Positions 56,197 to 64,000 of a DNA stretch of 64,000 bases are shown here, in pieces. The stretch covers positions 682,001 to 746,000 of the forward strand of contig BCGN01000005.1 of assembly GCA_001599295.1 (NCBI GenBank), written 5' to 3'. Source of the DNA: Sporopachydermia quercuum (lineage: Eukaryota). The notes beneath the pieces were generated by a model. That model saw nothing but the letters and a program-made list of their open reading frames with translations, searched no databases and had not been told where the DNA came from. The translations under genes and the position numbers were made by a program. How positions within the stretch are numbered: position 1 is the stretch's first letter; each line of letters starts with the position of its first letter.

Positions 56197-57381
56197 ATGT
56201 ATTCAGCATTAAATGAACACACTGCTCCTGAAGAGCAAAGAAAGAGTCACAGTAGAAAGAACTGGAATAAGGATGAGGACTCCTTACTTGTCAGAACAGT
56301 TTACTCGAATTTGAACAGTCGACATGGGAAATCAGTCAGAGGTTATTTTGCTATTATTGCTCAAGAACTGGCTAATAACCCCATCTCCAAAGATAGGAAT
56401 TATAGACAATGTCGAGATCGTTATATGTTGATTCAATCGAAAAGAATTGAAGCTTCTAAAACTGGGGATGAAGCTACCATTAAGAAGTCTGAATCAGGCT
56501 TAGATAGTGATGCTTTGAAAATGCTTGATATCATGATTCAACAGGAACAATTTCCTCTGTCTGAAGGTAAAAACGATGGAACAGATGCACTAGGAAATCC
56601 CCGCTCCAGTTTAACAGGTCAACCTAACACAGTTTCGCCTGCTTCCACTGCCAACGCCCAAGTGGTAGGTAACAGAGTTGCCNCTGGTAGAAAACGGAAG
56701 AGAACAACAAATATCAATAACCCTGGCCCTGCATCAGCAGTCTCAAACAATGCTAATAATCAAAATGTCGCAGCTAACAGTGCTAATTATTTCAACAATC
56801 TTGCTGCAGCTACTAGTAAGCCTAAGAAAGATTATACAGGAAGTTCTCTCCAACAGTCTTATCTCAATGGCCCTACTCATTCTTACCAAGAGACTTACAC
56901 CAATTATAATTACAATACCGCTACGTCTAATACTGGAAATGATAATGGTAATACAGCAAGCACATCATCTAAATTTGACCAACAAGCTGTCATTCAACTA
57001 CAACAATATATTAACCAAACTTTGAGAGACACAATTGAAACAATCACCAACCATTTCGACAAAGAAATGAGCGATTTGAAGAGCACCATCAGAAGCTTGG
57101 AAGCCCAAGTTTCTCAATTCAAAGATCAAAGTAAAAGGAATTCGCTTTCATCAACAAATCCTTTGTCCAATATTGGATCATCATCTTCAGGCGTTGGAAA
57201 CTCATTGGTAGGTGTTGGAGGTCTTACAGGATCGTCAAGTTTGGGAATTGGAAACTCCGGGCTCTCAGGATTATCCTCAATTGATTCATCCTATGGAATG
57301 TCCAATTCTGGACGACCGACTCAAAATTATATGAGCAGTTATAGTGGTTACATACCTGGAACTAGTGGCCTTCGAAATTGA
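56197..57381 (+). CDS. Orphan Myb/SANT-like (trihelix-type) DNA-binding protein with NLS and C-terminal coiled coil
   Basis: NWNKDEDSLLVRTV..YFAIIAQEL..RNYRQCRDRY; RKRKR NLS; N/S-rich low complexity; heptads FDKEMSDLKSTIRSLEAQVSQF. Confidence 0.72.
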   Translation: MYSALNEHTAPEEQRKSHSRKNWNKDEDSLLVRTVYSNLNSRHGKSVRGYFAIIAQELANNPISKDRNYRQCRDRYMLIQSKRIEASKTGDEATIKKSESGLDSDALKMLDIMIQQEQFPLSEGKNDGTDALGNPRSSLTGQPNTVSPASTANAQVVGNRVAXGRKRKRTTNINNPGPASAVSNNANNQNVAANSANYFNNLAAATSKPKKDYTGSSLQQSYLNGPTHSYQETYTNYNYNTATSNTGNDNGNTASTSSKFDQQAVIQLQQYINQTLRDTIETITNHFDKEMSDLKSTIRSLEAQVSQFKDQSKRNSLSSTNPLSNIGSSSSGVGNSLVGVGGLTGSSSLGIGNSGLSGLSSIDSSYGMSNSGRPTQNYMSSYSGYIPGTSGLRN

Positions 57382-59323
57382 GGTAGTATTGTCACCGCCA
57401 TTTCACCATTTGATCTGCAGTTAGAATGAGACAAAGTTTCGTTCAATTTTTTTTTTGCTGGTTTTAAAGATCATTTTCCTCATGATGCTTGTCTGAGTAA
57501 TTGTGTATTGTATTTTTTTTCCCATCCTCCATTTCATTTATTTTATTTTATTTTCACTTGTCTACTGTTTCCTATACCATTTATTATTCATTTGTTGTAT
57601 TAGTTAAGGACTCGAGTCTTTTGGAGTTAATCGTCCTATTTACGTATCATTTTTACAATGTATTTTTATTGAAGTGTCTATACAAATTGAANTAATTGAT
57701 AGAGAGTTTATTATTAATTTTGTTACTTTNACTTATATTCTTTCCTCCATGAAACATTAACAAGTTCGTAGATTTCGGTTGGTAATGGTGACTACTTTAA
57801 TTACTTATAGCGGATTCTAATCTCAACCTAACACCGCCTCATCAATTGAGCAGTGGTTGAGTAGTATTCTCATCATATTGTACCACATATATGAAACATT
57901 TCATATTTCTATTATTTTAGATTCGATGGTTCCAATAATTTCAATCAATTGAACGTGAAGTTATAGTATCAGTCAACATCTAATACCAATGATCTTTTTG
58001 TCTTTACGGAAAAGGATTCAAGAAATTAATGTTATATTGGATTCGTATAACTTTACTTGTCAATCTGTCCGGATGAGATAGTACGTGAACTTCAAAACAA
58101 TTACACTTGGACTATAGAACCGTATATAGGTACAGGATACCAATCTATTGTCAAAACTTCAGCTCTAATTGCCATAAAGTATTCTACAAACAACAGTTTT
58201 AACCAATATCATAATCAATAGAATTGGATTTGTGAATATAGACAGTACGCTGTTATTCGCACCAGAATGCAATTTATTTGCCACCTGCGCTCTTGTTGAA
58301 TGATCAATTGACATCTTTTCCGATATTTTTAATTTAGTATTAAGTTATGTATAACGTTTACGGAAATTATAGAGTTGAACATTGTATCAGTTTAAGCTTG
58401 TCATTAAGAATAAAACTAGCACAAATTGGCTTTTATACTTTAAACGCTTTCGGCAGAGAAGAAGAGAAGGAACAGAAGAACTGAATATGAATGATTCATT
58501 CATTAATTGTAGTAGTAAGACACTGATTCTGGAGAAAAATGCTAAAAGCAATTTCAGACCAGTGCTTCTTAAAATGGTTAAATCATGCATAGACTTAGGA
58601 GAACGATAAACAGGATCTTGAGTTATGTAATGGAAAAAGTGTAACCTGTCATTACTAGGTACCAATAGTTCTACAATCCAAGCACCTCATAATAGTGGAT
58701 TGGGTCAAATAAGAAATTCTTGGATTTCATTATGTGAAGCAATGTATATTTATTGATACCATCAGTTACTTGAGCTTCATCAACAAGTACAATTTTTTGT
58801 TGGGGTAACCATCATTAAATGATTCCTAAGACTACATACTATCATCACCCAGATACTTTCCTCCCAACCAGCACTGTACTTTCAAAACGGCCTAAAATTT
58901 TAGCAATCCCATTCTTTTATAGAGTGTTCTCTTATATTATTTAGTTCAACCAAAACTGGTTGACAATACTAACAAACCCTTCATCATCTCTAGATTATGA
59001 TTTCTACACAATCATTATCATCCTCAGAATACCCACCAAAGTTGTAGCTATATGCATCATTATGTATAAAGACGCGTAAATATCGTAAACATACATAACA
59101 TAGTACTCTGTTTATGATATACTGAATCAGTATTCAATTCCTTATTGGGTTGACCCTCAATTCCTTTTCCGAGTAACATAACCACAAGATCGATAATAAT
59201 TGACATAGGAAGTCATTCTAGGACTTTTTGAGAGGAGAGTAGGTGCGATCGATTCATAATTTTTTCTTATTGATATATCGAAGTCACTAAAAGAACTCTG
59301 ATATATTTCTCATAATTTTCAAT

Positions 59324-60016
59324 ATGAGACTACAAAGAAGGGAAAACATGCCTTTAACTAGTATGTCAGGTACCAAGCCTCATTATAGTATTATCCAGAC
59401 AGCTCCATTATCAGATAAAAATGTTAATGTTCAGACGCAGTTTGATCTCCAGGGATCCATAACAACACCAAAGAAACCTTACAAAGTGACTAATAATTTT
59501 TCCCAACCAGAAGAATCNAGAAAAGTGCCAGCATTACACAGTTTGTCGACAGATCCGTATTTGAATCTGAAAAGAGGTCCTTCAACACCATTGACACCAA
59601 GTCTGAATGAAGACGGACCAACAAGAAGAAAATATAGAGTACCAATGAAGAGTCTGAATGGTATACAATCCTTCTTACCGGATGATCAAATAGAAGAACA
59701 AGAGATAGAAATTGAGGATTCAAGAGAGCTTGAGACCGAAATGGAAGAAACAAAAGAAATTGATGAAGCCAGCGACTTACTAAGTACGTATAGCGAATAT
59801 GACTATTCAGTTAACTTTGGATCAACTGCTAGAGAAGAAGATAAGTTGAAAGACTTAGAAATCGCAACGATCAAAAACGCTGGAAACCAAGAACTTTTGT
59901 ACAATATTAATTACTTGGAGCTAATAGCTGAAAACCAATTGGCAAACGATGAAATCAAGAGACTGAACGAACTGATAAATTTTCTGCAACTAGAAAGTTT
60001 GTTCTCCATGGTTTGA
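59324..60016 (+). CDS. Uncharacterised 230-aa protein: disordered N-terminus, acidic middle, C-terminal coiled coil
   Basis: Long ATG-initiated ORF with protein-like composition; YLELIAENQLANDEIKRLNELINFL heptads. Family not recognised. Confidence 0.7.
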   Translation: MRLQRRENMPLTSMSGTKPHYSIIQTAPLSDKNVNVQTQFDLQGSITTPKKPYKVTNNFSQPEEXRKVPALHSLSTDPYLNLKRGPSTPLTPSLNEDGPTRRKYRVPMKSLNGIQSFLPDDQIEEQEIEIEDSRELETEMEETKEIDEASDLLSTYSEYDYSVNFGSTAREEDKLKDLEIATIKNAGNQELLYNINYLELIAENQLANDEIKRLNELINFLQLESLFSMV

Positions 60017-60262
60017 TTACGACTAGCTTGAGAGGAATCTAACCAGAAAAAAGGGCAGTGGAAAATAGAGAATCACAATGATTTGATAAAAGGGAACTCT
60101 ACAATTTACTCCAAGTAGAATCGGCTTCACTAATACATTACTAAAATACAACTACACAACAACATATCCAAAATAAACTAATTATTTTATGTAGCTCATG
60201 AATCTCATGAATAATTCATAACCGCAACGATCTATAATCACAATACTTTTATATTTCACTTT

Positions 60263-61321
60263 CTATAATAATGAAATATTGGCCAACAAATCTGATGCAT
60301 TTATTCTGTCCGTTGATTGGTAAACAAGCATGGGCTTGATTACTTTATTCATTATATCTTCATCAGCTCGAGAAACTTTAACATCTAGAATTCCTTCCTC
60401 CGAGGGGAAATTCAAGCTGCGAAACGCTTCAGAGCGAGAAATCTCGGGCCACGAACTCTCAGTTGGAGTTCCTAATAGCTTGAAAATACTGCCAATCAAA
60501 CCAATATCACCATTATAAGTCCCAATAACTGGTAAGGAATCCGCCGTGAAAAGCCCACAAGTTAATATTCCTAGACTCCATATATCAATGACAGCCGTAT
60601 AATCATTGAAACCGAATAATAACTCAGGGGCTCTATAAATGCCTGTGGATACATCAGTATATTTGTTGTCTCGCGGCTCGGCAGCGCAATTCAATGGTTC
60701 CGACCAAGAAATACCAAAATCTCCTAGAATTGCCGGAGATTCAAAGGTTGAAAAAAATATGTTGGCTGGTTTGATATCGCGATGTATTATTTCATGATCA
60801 TGAACAAATTTCAGTCCTTGAGCTATATCTTCCACAATTTTCAGAGATCTTTCTCTCGTGATTTTGTTCCGCAGCTTGACATTCCCACCTTCGTCCAAAA
60901 GTGGAAAGCTCTGTCTTGAATTGTGGCGGATCACATCATTTAAAGTATAGTTAAAATAAGGGAAGACCATTGTAACTTCGTTCTCACAATTCCAACTGGT
61001 GAGTAGAGGAACGATACCAGAATCAAAGAAACCTTTACAAGATCTGAGTTTCTGCAGATGCTTCATTTCAACCAAAGCATCATGAGGTGGCCTTTCATGG
61101 TCGTGATCAATAACTTTAAGAGCAACCAATGAACCCGAAGGCCTAAAGTCTGCCCTTAAGATATCTGCTACCGCACTAACGAATACATTTTTGCGATTAA
61201 TATAGTTATTCCGGTCTTGGATTTCTAATTCCCATACCCCTTTTGTTGATTTTATAATAAAATTCAGCTCCTTTTTTAATATTGTTTGCTGTAGCAAATC
61301 CAAATCAATTGGGTTTTCCAT
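60263..61321 (-). CDS. CAK1: Monomeric CDK-activating kinase Cak1/Csk1
   Basis: VALK, PPHDALVEM (Cak1-type alphaC), IIHRDIKPANI, DFGISW, KYTDVSTGIYRAPELLFG and GDIGLIGSIF..LGTP. No GxGxxG loop, as is typical of Cak1. Confidence 0.88.
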   Translation of the reverse strand: MENPIDLDLLQQTILKKELNFIIKSTKGVWELEIQDRNNYINRKNVFVSAVADILRADFRPSGSLVALKVIDHDHERPPHDALVEMKHLQKLRSCKGFFDSGIVPLLTSWNCENEVTMVFPYFNYTLNDVIRHNSRQSFPLLDEGGNVKLRNKITRERSLKIVEDIAQGLKFVHDHEIIHRDIKPANIFFSTFESPAILGDFGISWSEPLNCAAEPRDNKYTDVSTGIYRAPELLFGFNDYTAVIDIWSLGILTCGLFTADSLPVIGTYNGDIGLIGSIFKLLGTPTESSWPEISRSEAFRSLNFPSEEGILDVKVSRADEDIMNKVIKPMLVYQSTDRINASDLLANISLL

Positions 61322-62219
61322 TATATGCCACAGAACGGAAGTTCTATATCAACAAAACCCAATCATTCAATAACTTCTTCGATACAAAACATTGAACCAC
61401 CGGACCACTCATTATGTACTACCTATTACTCTTCAGATTTCATTTCGTTCCCTCCCTCAGTTGTTCTCTTATCTCTCATCATCAGTTATCATCTCTCATG
61501 ATCATGAAGACCCCAAAGAATCCAAAAGAATCCCAAAAACGAGTATGGGAACGAGAATATGCACTGAGATGTAAAGCTCTCATGAATTATCCCATAGAAG
61601 TGGTACATAAACCTTAATCTTCTTATGACAAATTTCGGAGAATAGTAACCTTACTTCCCCTTTCAGCTTATCAAAGAATCCATTATTTCCGCTATTTTGT
61701 TCTGTTATGAACTAATGAAACTGTCTGTCAGTTAACTACATCAAATTACTCTATCAACTTGTTTGCTCTTCTTCCTCTTTGTATACATGGTTTTTTTTGC
61801 CAACTTTCAAACCAGATAGGGAAGCAAACTCAACTGTTTTAAATCAAGATACCTTATTTTGGATTCTCGCTGAATACTTTTTGGCCTTGAGCCAGGCTAG
61901 TCGCAATATTTAGTGTTAAATTGATATCGTGAACGATATTGTGTGGTAACACCTGGAGTCAAATTGCATTCAACAGACAAGAAAGATAAGAAAAGTATCA
62001 TAAGAGCCATACTGGGCATTGGAAAGCGGTAGTAGTACTCAATAGGTTTGAATTACTAATATATTTCAAACACATTATCAACGCAGTATCGCCTGTGCCA
62101 CAGCTCCTTATGTCTTCAATTCGTAGATCACAAAGATACAGTNGAACCATACTCGCCTGAATCAGAGCTGCTTTTTTTGGATTATAGGACCGAGATTTCA
62201 TTAGAAATTGGCTGTAAAA

Positions 62220-64000
62220 ATGGATGTTTTAAGAGCCAACTCAGATCCTTTTCAATACGGAACTGAACAACACTCATCGCCTTCAAGCTGCCATCAAGAA
62301 ACACACAACGATTATGATAGCAAGAATGAGTACTGTGGTTCTTCCTTCGATACAGATATCACTGGTGATTTCACTCTTTCTTCAGAAATAAGTACCAATA
62401 CCCATTATTCAAAAGAGAAGAACGAAAATGAAGAGGACTCCGAAACAGGGGAAAAAGACAGGACACTGGAAATCACAATCAGTGAAGATGGAAACATTGG
62501 AGATATGGACGATAATGACTATTGGACCTCGGTAGATTTCCGTCATATTGGTACTGCTATATTTCACAATGCTCAAACTGACACAACAAGAACCGTGAAA
62601 CAACAGTGTATCAATGCAGCAATACGTGAAAACAATATTCAAACCATCAGGTCATATGCTAGAATCAATGAAGGCTTATTAAACAATGCTAATAGGAAAC
62701 AACTGTGGCCAGTATTAATTGGACAGGAAGCAACATTAAATAAGAGAAGACCTACATACAAACCGTACGTATTACCTAGTGATGATACAGTTATACCTGA
62801 GGTTACTGAATCTGTTGAAACAATTGGCTTATCCAGAGTTGATTCCTACTCAACGGATACATATGCATACTTTGATTCACACGCTGCACAGAATTTAGAT
62901 GATTTAAAACCTCATCCTGACGAAGCTCAAGTTAAACTCGATGTTAACAGAGCTTTTTATAATTACCCTTCCAATGTTACAGCAGAAGAATTAAGTAAAT
63001 TGAAAGAGGGTCTCAACTGTTTAATTGTCACCGTTCTACGAAGAAACCCTTCACTATGTTATTCTCAAGGTATTCACGATATAAGTCAAATATTTCTGCT
63101 AATATTTGGCTCCGTGGAAGAAGCCCTACCTTGTACAGAATACATCTTTCTGAACTACTTACGAGATTTCATGCTACCTATAATAGAACCATCATTAGAT
63201 CATATGAATCTAGTTACACCCATTTTGAAAGAAGCAGACCATGAATTAAGTGAGATCTTAGAAACTGTTAGTATAACTTTTGGTCTTTCATGGATCATCA
63301 CAATGTTTTCTCATGAAGTTGAATCCTTTGAGAATATATGCAGATTATTTGATTTTATATTTGCAACTAAATCTATGATCTCACCGATATATTTGTTATG
63401 TGCTTTGATTGTAATGAGAAGAGCTCAGATAATGGAATTTGCAGATGAACCTGATGAGTTATTAAACTTGTTATCCCATTTCTCATCTAATGCCATTTCA
63501 TCTTCGTTTCTGGATGAGTTGATGTCCAAAGCTAATTATCTTTTATCAACAATACCTATTACTGAGTTTGACGAATGGAAAGCTGTATCTTCCTATTCAG
63601 TTCTGAAAACAACAGCAGCACCTTCAATTTATTGTATCGATCCTTCGATAGTTATTGCCCACGATATTAAATTGCCAGATGTTTATTACAGATTTGGTCC
63701 TAATAATGAAGATGCTCAAGATTTCTCGGACAACGGTTTAATCAATTCAGTTTCAACTATCACTGGTGACTCTGAATTTGACGTACATGTGAAACGATTG
63801 CAGTCACAGCTTTCATATTCGCAAAATACTGATGATACTTTAGTAAATTCAAGTGAACTCTTGAATGAATCAAGTAATAAACCGCACTCTTACAATACTG
63901 AAGAGAACTGTCCGTTATTGGATGCGTCAGAGTATCTTTCGAAGCAAATAGAAGAAGCAAGAATAAGAGAAGAGGCTTTGAAGAAAGAAAGGGAAGAGCG
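62220..64000 (+). CDS. GYP8: TBC-domain Rab GAP of the Gyp8/TBC1D20 type (partial; runs off the window end)
   Basis: Frame from ATG 62220 gives EGLLNNANRKQLWPVLIG, PHPDEAQVKLDVNRAF, YSQGIHDISQIF, LRDFMLP and WIITMFSHE..RLFDFIF. Absent from the ORF track, consistent with no stop in the window. Confidence 0.88.
   Translation, partial: MDVLRANSDPFQYGTEQHSSPSSCHQETHNDYDSKNEYCGSSFDTDITGDFTLSSEISTNTHYSKEKNENEEDSETGEKDRTLEITISEDGNIGDMDDNDYWTSVDFRHIGTAIFHNAQTDTTRTVKQQCINAAIRENNIQTIRSYARINEGLLNNANRKQLWPVLIGQEATLNKRRPTYKPYVLPSDDTVIPEVTESVETIGLSRVDSYSTDTYAYFDSHAAQNLDDLKPHPDEAQVKLDVNRAFYNYPSNVTAEELSKLKEGLNCLIVTVLRRNPSLCYSQGIHDISQIFLLIFGSVEEALPCTEYIFLNYLRDFMLPIIEPSLDHMNLVTPILKEADHELSEILETVSITFGLSWIITMFSHEVESFENICRLFDFIFATKSMISPIYLLCALIVMRRAQIMEFADEPDELLNLLSHFSSNAISSSFLDELMSKANYLLSTIPITEFDEWKAVSSYSVLKTTAAPSIYCIDPSIVIAHDIKLPDVYYRFGPNNEDAQDFSDNGLINSVSTITGDSEFDVHVKRLQSQLSYSQNTDDTLVNSSELLNESSNKPHSYNTEENCPLLDASEYLSKQIEEARIREEALKKEREE

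Noticed and set aside
62700..62712. Alternative yeast genetic code (CUG reassignment)
   Set aside because: CTG falls at positions that look like conserved Leu/hydrophobic residues (GYP8 RKQLWP; TGS1 YQLFS), supporting the standard code on this limited sample.
5508..63960. Numerous 60-130 aa ORFs antisense to or nested in the long genes
   Set aside because: These are shadow ORFs of real CDSs or AT-rich noise, mostly with non-ATG starts and no recognisable motifs.

Overview
AT-rich eukaryotic DNA from a budding-yeast-type fungus (Saccharomycotina, probably outside the Saccharomycetaceae). The placement is inferred from short GT..CTAAC..YAG introns, multi-intron genes, retention of an eIF3m-like gene, and CTG at positions that look like conserved Leu. 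The window is gene-dense housekeeping chromosome arm: SMC4 (3' end), VTC5, SLU7, class II chitin synthase (CHS2-type), SCO1, OLA1 (2 introns), CUS2, SEC21, CAF40, PHO89, two identical tRNA-Glu(TTC) genes, SWI3, COY1, RPL17 (1 intron, C-terminally shortened), ATG27, PFD1 (1 intron), ATP12, a 1559-aa DH-like protein, TGS1 (4 introns, rebuilt by hand), eIF3m, GON7, an orphan Myb/SANT + coiled-coil protein, an orphan 230-aa protein, CAK1 and the 5' part of a GYP8-type TBC gene. I found no transposon, CRISPR array or horizontally acquired island. The most interesting signals are mostly regulatory: (1) a 9-bp minisatellite in the PHO89 promoter whose unit contains the Nrg1 repressor motif GGACCCT; (2) an apparently doubly spliced, uORF-bearing leader on the orphan Myb/SANT gene; (3) a four-intron TGS1 with a possible poison 5' splice site; (4) an Rpl17 lacking its basic C-terminal tail; (5) MCB/forkhead clusters in front of two uncharacterised genes. 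All gene names come from motif recognition by eye; no database searches were run.
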